Origin: Botryllus schlosseri
Lineage: Eukaryota
Reading direction: 5' to 3'
DNA: 64,000 nt
NCBI GenBank assembly: GCA_051294905.1
Contig: CM119372.1
Coordinates: 26,166,001-26,230,000, forward strand
Made by a program: the position numbers and the translations under genes. Below are positions 40,901 to 54,696 of this stretch, in pieces. Position 1 is the stretch's first letter. Every line of letters starts with the position of its first letter. The notes beneath the pieces are model-generated. The model saw only the letters and a program-made list of their open reading frames with translations. It was not told the DNA's origin and ran no database searches.

Positions 40901-43900
40901 AGGATTTCGAAGAGAGAACGATTCTCCCTATGAAACTTGGATTTGAAGAAAAAATTGACGTATAATCCTGTCTTAACGAGCAGCTCATAAGAAGGATTCC
41001 ATATTTATTGTAATTGCCGATCTCACACAATTATCAAGCCTACTTAGTTCGTGATTCATATCATGACCGCGCGCGCCGCTTTAAAACCAATGTATCTCAA
41101 GCCGTATGGGTTACATACGGTATCTCGTTCACAAAATTTTATCGCGGAAATCTAGCCGAGATATATCCCGTTTCTATCTACTAATACAGTTAAATTTGCC
41201 CAGAAAGAAAATATGATAAGATAAAGTGGCGACGATGGAATATTGGATTTTACCACATATAGTATTAGACGCAGGTCATTTCTGTTAAACATTTTACTTG
41301 TTGCGTTGTCTCTTTCGCCAGCTACGAATTCGTATTAGAAATGATACGCAATCATGGCGCATCGTGTATCTGTCAATGACACTGATAAACCAGATTAAGG
41401 ACGCAACGTTGCGTGTGTGTTACACAAGTCTTGAAATTCTTTACAATTTCCTAATGCAAATCTGAAAATATATTGACATAGTGCATCGATATCTAGGTTG
41501 CGGGATGATCTGTCGATGGATGCCTATTGCTGCATTTCACCTCCATTGAAGCAGAACGCAGCTGATGGTATTCACTGATCCCACCACTTCGAAACAGACT
41601 GTTCACATTTATTGAATGTATTCGATTTTCACTTGATCAGCTCTATAAGCCATGTAGATTGTACATTGTGCATCTGTACTGTAAAACGAGGGAGTGATAC
41701 ATCAAAAAACAACGAAATCATTTGTAATACATGAGATGAGATTACGTAGATTCCAAGTGCCTAGTTTGCTAGTTTTGGATGTATATACAATTACACATCA
41801 GCAAAATAGTGTAACTGATATGGGAAATGTTACAATAAAAATCAGTCATATTCATATAAGTGCGTTTGACAGGTTTGTATGCCTTTTCAGAAGCAATTAT
41901 AGTACAATGTGTCAATGTGTTTCTAGTGTCACTTAGCTGAGTTCAGGTCCAGCTACGAGACTTCCGAGTTGGTTTTAAGTGAAAGGGGCAGCAAGAGTTA
42001 TTGTTTTTGATTTAGATCTGTTTGACATTACCAATGTTCGCATCATTATATCAGCAACGTGGTTAGATAAATATCGCAGTTTGGGGCGGTCGACTATAGT
42101 GAATCTCATATACTCGGGTTATGAGCTATCCGATACCTGAAAACCCCCTGGCATTTCAGCTGTACAGTGTACAGTACACTCATAATTCAAGAATTCTAGA
42201 TGAATCAGTTGTACCTATATCCTCAAGATGGAAGCTGGCAGATACAATTTCGTAAAATGTAAGCTGTTTCTTGATGTATCAAGCTAATAGGACATCACAC
42301 CAGATGTAATAAGCTATGCGGTCGATATTATTATTGTATTAAAATGAGGGTCTTAAATTTATTACTAGTATACCAAGTTTCAAAATTCACATCCGCGAAA
42401 GATAGAGCTTTATCTACTGATTCAAGTGCTCCCATGGCTGCGAAACTGGAAAGTCAAAGAGACGGCTTCAGTTTCCGCACCTGTGTAGCGTACTGCGGCG
42501 TTTTTGTTATGGGTATTGCGACTGGTTGGTTACCTCTGAACTGCGACGGCGAGTCCCTTTCTGAATATCATGATGCTATTGCGGAATGGAGCGGCGATAG
42601 ATGTGGAAACGTTCGCTTAACATCATCATCACCTTTCCGCTTACGAAGATGTACGGTTCACATCCCTTCCTCTTAGGTTTAACTGAGGATGTCGCTAGCA
42701 ATGATCAGGGACTAGTGCCCCGAAAAAGTTAAGCCTAGAAATGATACCTCGCTCGAAGGATTTCGAAAACGAGAGAAATCGTTTGGAAGCGAACTGCAGT
42801 TAGTGCTCAACATGTATTATCCGCTATGTACTAACAGCATTCGTTATAAGCCGATGCCGTTTTGAACGAGACGATGCTTGCTGGATAATGCCGGGAAAAA
42901 AGGAGTATTCATCACATGTAACGTGGTGAGCATTGTAGTCAATATATCATCGATTACCGGCATGTAACGACGCATACATAAATTGAACTTGATCAAGTCA
43001 GCGTATCAGTGAAATCAGCCGGATACCAGCGTTGTAGTAAGCCGTATTACTAGAAAACGCGCATACTACGCGGCAGGTGCGTCTTTTCGCATTCCAGTAT
43101 CAGGCAGGCTGTGGTAATGGATACCGACGTTTCGTGTAAAACATCGGGCGACTTGCCATTGTCTCGCCGACGTAGAGTCATGTTTTCGTCAGGCGCGAAA
43201 GCTTCATCCTGACCTATCGTCGAAACGACATGGAAGACTGCTACATCTGCGACTACATTTAGACAAATATTTATATACGTCGATTTAGGTTGCCTAGATG
43301 CATTCCACAAATCCATAAATTAAAATGCGTAGACGTATTTTGTTCATATAATTTGAAAAGACGAAAAATACATTGCATGAAACCTGTGATTTCGCTATCC
43401 TATACGTAATTGCCGATACCAACATCGCGCGGTGTATTTTGCGGTACAAACCACTCTGGAGTCAATGTAATGACTAGAGCTGCACATGTAATCAATCCAT
43501 ATTATAAGCATACCTGCTCATTTGCGGTACTTGAAGCAGTCATATATCCTAAGCTCCCGTAATAACATATTTGATTGAGATTGGACCCAGAGGCCAGAAG
43601 GTCACATGCTCAAGATTCGAGGTTACATGAATTACAATCCGGTCAATTTGAAAAATAAATTGCAGTGTATCGAGTGTATATGCTGCATACTGATCTAGCA
43701 GGATCCCATTTCATTCTGTAATTGACCGCTGTATCAAGTTACTCACATGTGTTTACCTTTTCTCACTAATTATTGTTTTGTTTTGTTGTGCTTACATTCA
43801 TTACGCCGCGGTGACGGTTGAGACAGGTGTATAAATATCCCGGTGAATGTGTCCTTGTGGTATTTAATCCATTGCCGCAGTGTGCTCTGTGTCAACTTAC

Positions 43901-45541
43901 GCTTTTAAAGCGTGCTGTTAATTTTCCCAATTTGAAAATGGCTGGACTTGTGTTCCCAACATGACCACCCAAATAGGGAGTGAGTGTTTCAGCGAATTTG
44001 AACTCACGCGAAGCTCAGCAGGTCTACAGTGTTCAGGAGGCTTCCATTTGCAAACTTGATGTAGTTATATGACCGGATATATACGCGCCTGGCAGTAGGC
44101 GTTTAATGAATTTGTTCAGGTGATTTTGTTCATGTGGTGATCTGTTTGTTTCAAGTAGCCTCTCTGAAACGGTTTGTGTCAGTTAGCAATGTTCATGTGT
44201 ATTGTACGCGTGTACTAACATCTAGGATTTGTAATTCATTTTATACCCTTTTTTGTATGTTGGTTGCTCCGTTACAGTACAATACAGAATGAGATATGTG
44301 ACATTTATTTATTATACTAATAACCCAAAGTGGTATATTTTATACCTGTGACGTTTGCACGACCATTGTCCACTGTCCAGATTATGTTACACAAGCTTAT
44401 CAAGATGTAGTAAGATGCTTCGTATTGTTGATTTGGAAAAATCGATTTCGTAACTGTTAGAAAGATAATTTGTGCCAATAGCAACAAGAACGTGTTAGCG
44501 ATAGAATGATTTTCCTGCTTGTATTTTGTTAATATTTACGCAGTCACAACCAAATGTCCTATATGAAATATATTATAAGACGGCGTCTCAGTGGAATCAG
44601 AGTAGTCCATTTTTAAATCTTGAGGATATCAAGTTTGATTATCAATATCTTTCGGTCGCATCTTGACAATGGTTATAATTTGCAAAACTACTCTGATTCC
44701 ACTGTGGGGATAGGTCCCGGATACATGCCGGATAATTATGGTAACTTTTCTGTGATATAGCATCTATTGTCATTCCCGTAAACACGATAACTTGAACATC
44801 ACAATAAAAGTCGGGCTCTCGCCCAATACGCGAATTGCCGTTTCCCGAGGTCGAGGTTTTCGCTTGATCAACTGCGAAGTGACTGTTGCTACGCTCAGAT
44901 GGCTTAATTGATAAACCGCGTTGCAATCGCGGTTTAAGTGTTGATTGAGTTTCGAGTAAGAAAGATGTGCGCGTTCACAGATTACCCAAACTGAGAAATA
45001 CAGCAAACATGTTCGAATATCCTATTTGACAAGAGTAATTGTAGGGTTTTAGATAGTTCAGTCGGATCCTATGCGCAGTACACAGATCATTTCTAGTGCA
45101 GCATTATAGTCACACCTGTCAAGGTGTCTCGGTAATCGGCTCTCTGCGTATATTACACATTTGAGATGAGGTTGCGCAATTTGTCCTTATCAATATAATG
45201 ATTTTTAACAACCCATATCATTGTATATCTTATATATAATACGTGAAACATGTGCTACCTATAAACGCTTTCGAGTGTTTTCACATAATATTTGCACAAT
45301 TCTTGAGATGTCCAATGGTCCACTTAAAAATCAGACGCAGTGTGTAAGCCGACTTACGCCTTCCTATGAATTTGATTTATTGTATTTATATACCGGTAAT
45401 TTATTCGGTTGATGCGGATAATCCGGTGTCTGCCACTGGAAAGAGGACAGCGGACATCTCAAGAGCGGATTTTATTATTGTATCTAACGGAGTCGATTTC
45501 CTCGCAGTTTACAAAGTATGCGCTCGCAGAGATAAAAACAA

Positions 45542-45569
45542 TCGGGGCCTACGATATCGTAGGCCCCGA
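45542..45569. repeat. Perfect 28-bp palindrome
   Basis: tcggggcctacgat|atcgtaggccccga. Confidence 0.95.
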
Positions 45570-48235
45570 AACAATTAATATAGATTACCGAATGCTTCAA
45601 CTACATGGCACGCAAGCCTAGTTCCACAATAAAAACGCCTTCGTTACCATGAGAATAAAACTCACCTCACGTATGGTCTGCTCCGTTGGCGCATATTATT
45701 TCGATATGTAGTTGAGTGATATCCTATGCGCCCCAAACTACTGTTTATCGGCAGAATGCCATCTTGTCGATTTTAAAATGTGATAGATCAATAGCTTCAC
45801 ACATAACGAATCCACTTTACACCTATGTTTGTGAATAATTTTTAATTATTGGATTCTACTGACTCGATATGACACTGATCGATATGTCTAAGTTTATATA
45901 TTGAGGTTTTTCTATGCTAAGACGTACGCTCATACATGTCCTCATGATCAAAACTGATTACGCCCATTTATAACTACTAACATTTTACGGAAAATCAGCT
46001 GTATGCATAGTCAAATATTCTTTAGTTTTCTGCGATGAATTACTGCAGCTTTGTACTCGACCGTGTGAAGTTATGTTTCATGATCGTGCTGTAGCACGCT
46101 CATTGCTGAAGGGTTGTCATGCTTTAAGCTAATCAATTCAATGAGCTCATGCTGTTGGATTAGCAATGTTGTACCAGAATAAAATGATTTGTACGGGACT
46201 GACGTGGAGTAATCCCACTATGTACCGATCCGGGATACGGGGGCATTAGTTTTAATTGGTTATGCGGGTTTGTGGCTTTTGAAGAGTTTAATCCCCTGGG
46301 ATCAGATGTGTATCACGGAATATTTTGGCAAGCTGATTGTAAATTGTTCTATTTGAGGAAGGTGTCCAATGTACTACAGACCAAATTGCTTCAAACGGAA
46401 ACATAAACTTTATTATAGCACTTGCCATTTCCGGGTGTCGGTTTGAAACGTGAAGTACATCTGAGTTTTAATAATAACCATACCAATCGTCAGATTATAT
46501 TTTCATCTGACCAAGACACACACAATGTACAATGCGATAAGACACAATGCGATGTAATGAACAGATAAGAGGATGCCGAACGTCCAGTTGCGGTCTCTTA
46601 AACTGGCATCCACCGCGATCTAGTGCTCGATAACACAGTTCTTTTCGATGTAATTCTCTATTCCGCGGCTCTTTCTTGCTCTTCCCATTCCTTGTCAGTG
46701 CGTTCTTTCGTCGGGTTTTTCACTGGGTTTTTCTGTCGCCGTAAGAACAGCGGCGGGGGACAGGAGGAGCCCAGATGAACCTCCGACGCGGAATCGATCT
46801 CTACTACAATCGATTTCATCCGATCCAGGCTTACATTGTCTTTTGAGTCGGGATTTGACGAATCAGAAATGTAGCCATGGGGGATGCGGGGTAAATGGAA
46901 CGGACTCGTAATTTGATTTGATGTAATTTTATGTTTAAAAAAAATCGAGGGGCACATAAAGTGACACGCTGAACATGCAATGTCGGTGGAAGCCCGCTTA
47001 AGACCACGAATTCGTCAGTAGATGGTATACATCAAAGTTCAGGTTCCAGATGACATGAATAGCTTCAACATAGATCTAATTGATGCATAGAAGCAGATTT
47101 GAATTTAAATCTTCAGGAAGTCAGACACACTTTTCTTTCAGCAGTTTTGTTACATGGGAATGTAGATACGTGAACAATGAACATGCCAATACTAAAAAAT
47201 GTCAAATACTGCACATCAATCTAGGCTTTGCGATGATAGTGATAGGAAATATATTTTCGAAAAACATTATGTAATCGTGCGACTGGCCGGATCAGGCCTG
47301 AGAATGTTTGATGTTTCTGGTTTAAAGTTTGCACATTGAGGGAGTCAAATAATTTGTAAATCTACTCGAAGTACATTTTACGACTTACTATATCCTATGT
47401 TGCAATCATCTGGTTGCATGTGTTCACCAATTTCGACACCAGACGATGAATAAAAATGGCTGAAATGACTCGTGGCAGACGCATAATGCATTTGTAGAAT
47501 GTATATTGTAGGCCTACATGAACTTTACAGTCTCGGCAGGGGCGTGCTCTTAATTTCTGATGATCTATCACTGCTTTAGCATCCGAACCAGACTTGATGT
47601 GATATGAGTAATGTTTTTGTTTGCATTTGCAGAAATTCGTCAGTCACACAGTGTGCCGAGATTTGGCCAGACCATATACCACCGCATATGGCAAATCGCT
47701 CGTAAAGTCGTCATGTTAGCAAAGGGTGTTAGGTAGTCTGGAGACCTGGCTTTGAATTTACAGTTGAATATCGGCCAACACTTAAAAACAACTCAGCGAT
47801 TAGGTCTTTCATATGCAGACGGTTACAGTGCTGGATCAATACACATTGTATGGAGAGCGGAGACTTGTTACAGGTTATATTATTATATGCAGTTGTATTA
47901 AGAAGCTATTGCTGAACCGATGAAGAATCCTTGCAACTTCAGACGTTCGGTCGTTAGGGTCTCCCACTGCCAGTAGTAAATATTCGTTTAGTCGAGCTGT
48001 TTAGAAACACGCAATCACTGACATCAATGATAATTACCATGGTCAACTATTGTCACAGCTCATATTTTTTCCTAACAGAACCAGCCATAGCCATACCACA
48101 GATTTTATTTCATATATCTCGCATCTGGTCATCCGGTGTGAGACTGCGTGATAGTTGTGCGAGCGATAATAAAATCATATTCAGGGTTTATCAGAATCAC
48201 CATGAACTTCTATACAGTATAATGTATGTATGCAA

Positions 48236-48239
<4 letters not shown>

Positions 48240-48284
<45 letters not shown>
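48240..48284 (+). repeat. (TG)n microsatellite
   Basis: Direct reading. Confidence 0.97.
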
Positions 48285-48291
<7 letters not shown>

Positions 48292-48382
48292 TGTCTATAT
48301 AAGGTATTTCATGGTGCCTAGTTACTAGGGTCTCGAACACCAGGCCTGAACGGACTAAAAAATCAAATCGAATAGTCTACAC

Positions 48383-49278
48383 CACGGGTGTCAAACTCGA
48401 CTTTGAGGTCGCTGACCGGATCCAGACCTTTTCAACGCTTACGGGACGGACCAGTCAAATGATATCAAATTAATACTACCAAATCCAAACCTCTGCTTCA
48501 TTAACAATCCCATACATAATATATAATATTAGGGATATTATAAGCTCTATTCTAGCAAGCCGTTAATTGCAAACAATGAAATTGTCTAAAATACGACATA
48601 AGAGCCCTTTAAATATAATTATAAACCACAAAATAGTGGCTCTACTGTACGAGTCACGACGATAAAAGTTGATATAGTAATGTGCTCCTTCAGTCGTGAT
48701 GCGGCCTCGGCAACGTGGCCCGCGTATGGTTTGTGAGAAAGTTCATAGATTTAACGGTGAATGCAGACTTTTGGATTTCGTTCATTATTATACCACCATT
48801 GGGTTCCGACGGAGGACGGGTACGTTTTAAATCTGAAGTTATACAGCAATGCAACCACAGCTATTTGCGCAACCTTTGCATTATCTTCTTGTCCATATTT
48901 TCTGTGTAACTTGCATATAACGGTTTCACATTCGCTTTTCGGACCATGTGCACAATTACTGTTCGGACCATATCTTCAGGAAGCTTTGAACCTGGTGTGA
49001 AGTTTATTTTGCCTTCTCGCAAGTTGGCGTTGAATTCATCGATTTGTTACTGCTAGTAATCAGAGTGAAAATAAAACATTGCCGTGGAATCGGTATAACG
49101 TGGTGTATGATCATGACGATGTTATATAAGTGTTATTTACGCGAAAATAGTTCGTATTTATAAGTCCCAACATGTGATAGTAAGGTGCTGGATTAAACAG
49201 ATATCTTTTTTCATATATCCTACTCATAATTGTGTCGTGGGCCAAATGAAATGGTCAGACGTATCCTGAACACTCCTG
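48383..49278 (+). mobile_element. Old hAT element, family D
   Basis: Ends cacgggtgtcaaac / gaacactcctg; flanks gtctacac / gtctattc; homologous to the 17991 element. Confidence 0.7.
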
Positions 49279-49322
49279 GTCTATTCCGAACAGTCTGCAT
49301 GCTCAGTTACAAGCCATACGAT

Positions 49323-49721
49323 TAGGATTGCATGTAAAACAAAAATTAATTTTTAACAAACATGTTTGAAACAAAGCCCTTCCTTAAAACATGTTTTATT
49401 GTTATTTTTTTTCAAGCCATGACGTCACGAATATTCAGTTGCTACGTCATACTGGATTGACATGGAGAATTGAAAATATAGGGTAAATACAGCTCCTTTG
49501 ACGGAATATCTATGTACTATAGCTGTTGAACCGACTATTTTGAGGGTTTCAACCTTTCGATATCGTATACGTCGGCTATATCGGGTGGTAATCGTCTGTA
49601 GGCTCATACAGCATACGTTTTGGAAAGTATTTACACAATTATGGCATAATTATACAAATTAGAAACACAAATGTTTTAAACAAAGTGTTTTAAACAGCCA
49701 TTCGTTTTAAATGCAACCCTA
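49323..49721 (+). mobile_element. MITE family C copy
   Basis: TIRs taggattgcatgtaaaac / gttttaaatgcaacccta; homologous to 16945-17335. Confidence 0.8.
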
Positions 49722-51944
49722 CATATACGATAGATGGTTGGTGTTAACTGCACTGCACAAGTGCACATCAATGTTGATGTGAGTTAACTTCTGCACCACA
49801 TGTTGATTGGAAAATTTTCCATTGTTTTGTAACTCTCAAATGTAATCACGGGGGATGAAAAGTATGCTTGATTTAGAAATTTTCGCCAATTGACGCTGTT
49901 TTCAAAGTGCTGTTGAAATTGTCATGTCTTCACTCCGTCGCGACATGTAAATATGAGCCAAGCATTCAAGTTATCTACTATTTAATCAATTACTCGTTGT
50001 GTTTGAGGGTGTTGACTGTACGTTAATTACGCACCTTGAAGTGGTAGGCTCGGAGCTTTGCACTTTAGTGACGTGTGACTGCACTCAATGAACTCTGACA
50101 TCTTGTTGTTGGACAGACAAGCTGAATTTGCTCAAGTCCTCAAACTCAGTCAATTGAAATACCAGGATCCAATTCCTGTTTCGCCGAAATTTGGTGTTTC
50201 AAAATTTCTGCTCATATAAATTGAACAGTAAACGAAAGATTGAATCTTTCAGTTTCTCCCGTCTGCGCGGTCGTCGCAGAGAGTCAGCGTTAACGGCTCA
50301 GTTATCCACAGCATAATTTGGCTGAATACACATTATAATCGAATATATTCATATTGTTTAATATATGAAAACCCGACCTTCGAGTGTGTAATCTTCGGTT
50401 TCATAATAATATCTGTATGAATATATTATCAGAATCTATATTGAAGTTCTGATTCCTAAAAATTATTTTTTATTTTGACTATGAAGTTTTATGGACGTCC
50501 TTCCTTCCTTAACCCTGCACATTTAAGCTGGACCAGTCCTGGTTTTGGTTGCGAGCGACATATAAAATTAACAGTTGAAACGACACGCAAGGAAGAGGAA
50601 TGCATGATAACATTACACTAATTATCTTCCCAGATTAGCTCATCATAATGCCGACAATTTGAATAACAGCATCCAGCAGTAATTTTGCCAAAATGTCAGT
50701 AATATAATATTACTAGTTACGAATAGTTGTGGCTATTCGAGCACAATCTAAATTCCAGCTTTATCGTAAGCATTGGTATCATCGTCGCGATTTCCTGTGA
50801 CCAAATTATAAATCGAAAGGTTTGAGCTCGGTATATATCATTCAATCAATATAAATATTTTACTTTGAATTCTAGTAATGTATTTGCTTTGCTGGGTACA
50901 AATGTTCACCGCATAAAAATGCAAATGTTTGGTTTCATAACGCTCAGAACGTCAATTATTATTATAGACGAGTAGACATCGGTTTAAGCTATAGTTTGAA
51001 AACGCGTACTAAAATTTAAGATAAATGCACGATACGAATCGATAAGCATCGTATCCGAAAGTAATATTCTTGACGCTTTCATTCTTAATATTTTGCATAC
51101 CATGGACGAATAAAAAAAACATGATATATCTACCTTATTACGTATTTAAAATATAATTGGGCGGGCAAGACTTTGGTATATTGTCATAAATGATCGGTTT
51201 TTCTAATTCCCATCTCATTCCGTCCGCCGATGGCGAAATCCAGAAAATAGCCCAAATATTTCCATCCGCCAATCTAAATGCGCGTGACGGCGTTGCGATC
51301 TCTTTATATGTCATGGCTGGATACCCCGGGGTCAGTTTACCTTTTTCATATAGCCTACAAAGCTATTTCGTAAAACTGTAGGCCTACATATAAACATATT
51401 TGTGGAATTTTTTCCACTTTGACTTTTGCTATATTTCTGACGTTATATAACCATTGCATTTCCTTTGCTCGAAGTAAAACATAATTTACCACGTGAACGA
51501 TGCTAGCTTCAACTTGATTGCATATATACAGGGATTAGCGCATTGTACAATTGAAACCTCGTCCATTATGTTGTATTTTAAAAATTAGTAAAGTCTTTGG
51601 CTATTTAGTCGAATAATCAAATGCTGAGTGGCAAGGTGGCTTTGAAAACGGATGAATAAACGACTATATTCTTTGTCGACGTGAGCACCAAAGCTTTGCC
51701 TCGCCATCCTTGAAATCAGATACTGCCACGTTCGTTCTAAAGTGATTCGGAAGATCATTAGTGGGCGTCGAATTGGGCTTTCCGGATTCGGGCTCGACTT
51801 TGATCATATTTATATAGCTCATGGGGTCGGATGAACACGCGACAAATCAATAATATGAAATTGCTATTGGTTTTCTGGGTCGATTAGGCTCAAATTATAC
51901 TGCAGTCAACCTTCAGCTTCTGGCCAATATGCGCGACCCGATTG

Positions 51945-52160
51945 TTCGCGAGTAGCATAGTTGTATATTCCACAGGTGCAACACCAATGGGTCCGAGCGG
52001 GGTCGACTCATAAGCGTTGAGGATTTAAATATGCTCCTTATCGCTATCCTAACCGTGTAAGCCAATAACAATGGTGGGTCGTGCTGTAAGTCCGCAACTC
52101 TGGATTCGCATGTCCGATTTATCGGCCAGGTATAATAGAGAGGATGCCGAAACACCAAGT
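51945..52160 (+). mobile_element. Degenerate SINE copy
   Basis: gcgagtagcatagttgtata...tgcaacaccaatgggt...ggtcgact resembles the SINE head. Confidence 0.55.
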
Positions 52161-53811
52161 TGATATCAGCAACAAAACGTCCCGATTCGATCCCCGTTCC
52201 AGGTTAAGCTACATTACAGATTAAGCGGTGGAAATGTTGAAATCAAAATTGGGAACTGGAGCGTGTTCAGTCCGAGTAAACATCGCATGGTACACATAAA
52301 GGACAGATTCCTTCAACTGTCCCGTGAGAGTTATTTCCCCGCTGGAGATAAAATCACCCGCGCGCTTTGAATTCTTATAATTTTAAAGGAAAGAATTATG
52401 CGGGAGCGATTGCCACGGGTAATTGAATAATCACACGGGGAATACAATTATATCTCTGGTAGTATGCGTGTGCGTGCACTGTGCAGTGCATTCTGTGCAA
52501 ACTGCAAATTGTGCAATGTCCCTGCAAGGCATTGCAACCGCATTAGAACTAACTTACAAAAGCCAGGATGCAAAGTGAGTCGACAGATCAGGAATCATAC
52601 ACAAGAATATCGGACTGGCATAAAATGACGTACCATAATAGATGTTGAAACATCATTAATATCAAACTGCAACAAGCCAGTAAGGTTGGACAAATTAAAT
52701 TTGACCTCTACCAACCCTATATGAATGTTGTTTTGCTCAATTTGCTATTTGATGCAGATGCAGTAATTGTGAATTCCAAGGTTTACCAAGTCACAGGGTT
52801 CTGAGCTACAAGTCAAAATTGCGAGTCGAGTCATGACTCGAGTCATTACAACCCCAGATTCCGCTGCTACTATTGCAGGAATTGATACAGTAGTAACGGG
52901 AAGAACTGCCAGACAATATATTTATATCCGATCACTGTACACTGAAAATGAATCATCCATTGTCACTAATTACCGGAATTCCTGAAGCTACATCGTTGTT
53001 GAGGTTTTTCTGACCCCTCTAAATTTATACTTTTGTTGATCCACTGCGATAACAATATATTGTATGAAGAGAGTGTGAATAACCCAACAAGCACTCTACG
53101 AAATCTCTCCCAAACTTGTGATAGGCCTATAATAAAGTTTGAGTGTGAGACACAGCCATCCCGCATGCGCTAATCCGTCGCCAACACTTATCAGCTCGCT
53201 TCCAAGCGCCGTATTTTATTTCTAGATAATGCGATAGGTGTTCTAGTGCGTGTGCTGCCCGACTTTGTTTGAATTATTACTTAAGTTTACTCTGATCGCT
53301 ATCTGCCCGGGTCTTTTAATATTTGCACGTCCAATAGTTCCGGCTAGCAAACGTGATGCGACAGTCGATGTGCGTTCGCTGATTGCTTGAAATATCATAG
53401 TCGTATTATGCGTCTGATTGGTTTAGGAATACAGCTTAGCATATATGATGGAGAATTTCTATAATTATGTTTGGAATTGTTCTATTGCATCAAGTGTGAT
53501 CGTGACTTGTGTGCTGGCGGCTTTCTATGACAGTTTGTATATTATAGCTGTCGCTGTCACCGAGTAAGGAAATCACCGACCGCTTAAATAAGTTTGTTTT
53601 CAAATTACAACACACGAGGTACACCGGACGTAGAGAATACTGAGCAGTACTTCAAAATCGGATATCGCCGGCCATTCATTCGTGCCCATTGGACACAATA
53701 AATCAGCGAGAACGACTCGGCACTTATCGCGAGGAATTAATGCCAATGCCGAGTGTCGCCTTACGTTTTAATGAGCTGTAACTGATTCTCCCTTAACAAC
53801 TGGACTCGTTA

Positions 53812-54089
53812 TGTGGCGAGATAGCGCAGTGGTATAATCCGCGGCTGCAACACCAATGGGTGCGGGTTCGAGTCCGACCGAGGTCGACTTCAGAATTCCG
53901 ATACCTAAGTGTTGGAGGTTTACCTAGGCTCCTCCTCGCCACCTCATCCGCGTAAGCGGTGTCTTACAAAAAGCCTAGAGGTGGGCCCTGCTATAAGTCG
54001 GCAGTTACGGAAAATAATGAACAATATCGGCCTGGTGTAAATGACCACAGTTGTCGACAAACACCATGATACCACAAAACAAACAAACA
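53812..54089 (+). mobile_element. Full-length tRNA-derived SINE (probably tRNA-Cys head)
   Basis: A-box tagcgcagtgg (53822-53832), ctGCAac anticodon-like loop, B-box ggttcgagtcc (53865-53875), (AAAC)n tail, 14-bp TSD aactggactcgtta (53798-53811, 54090-54103). Confidence 0.92.
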
Positions 54090-54106
54090 AACTGGACTCG
54101 TTACAC

Positions 54107-54346
54107 CTTCCGCGGTATATATGGCAACATAGTGTGTAAGTGCCATTCATTTGTGATGTTTCTATGACTAATACAAGCGCAAATGGGAAACGATAGCGTT
54201 CAAAGGCGGACATCTTCTTCACAAGCAGTATTGATCTTAACCGGTTTTCATTGCAGATGAGATATGATCGGTCAACATCGTCTGTATTTTTTCGACTTGA
54301 ATTATCATTATCACGGACTTTTGCGTGCATAGGCATATCAATGAGA
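54107..54346 (-). CDS. Candidate coding exon 2 of a secreted-protein gene (donor uncertain)
   Basis: Acceptor tttgcgtttag|, phase-compatible with exon 1; frame LIDMPMHAKVRD...SAFERYRFPFALVLVIE...CCHIYRG; possible donor AG|gtgtaa. Confidence 0.35.
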
Positions 54347-54463
54347 CTAAACGCAAACTTGGAGAATATTATTGTACCAATATTCATACCATACACGCAA
54401 ATCGCACGTTCTTTCAGCCACATACAAAGTAATCAAAGTAACGTTACTTTTGGCATCACGTAC

Positions 54464-54696
54464 ATTTCGCCATTTCTCATCTTTGTGTCGAATGTGTAAC
54501 GTTCAATAGTGACAGTTTTGAGATGTTTGCGCACATATTTATCAGTCGTGCCAACTACAAAAAGAACAGGGTCAACTTCATACCCATTTAGATCATCTAT
54601 TTTATCCACTGGGTCAATTTTGAAAGGGGATGCTAATACTTGATGTTCGGAAAAGGAGATAAGTGTGCAACAGAGACAAATAAGATATCGCACCAT
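54464..54696 (-). CDS. Candidate first coding exon of a secreted protein
   Basis: gacATGG start; signal-peptide-like MVRYLICLCCTLISFSEHQVLA|SPFKIDP...; donor AT|gtacgt; upstream acceptor tcttctacttcag near 54821, implying a spliced 5'UTR. Confidence 0.5.

Noticed and set aside
52820..52945. Cys-containing - strand frame as exon 3 of the secreted protein
   Set aside because: There is an in-frame stop right after the acceptor, and it runs into a GACTCGAGTC MITE end.
53812..53885. tRNA-Cys gene
   Set aside because: No proper acceptor stem or T-run terminator; it continues into a repeated body with tail and TSD, so it is a SINE.
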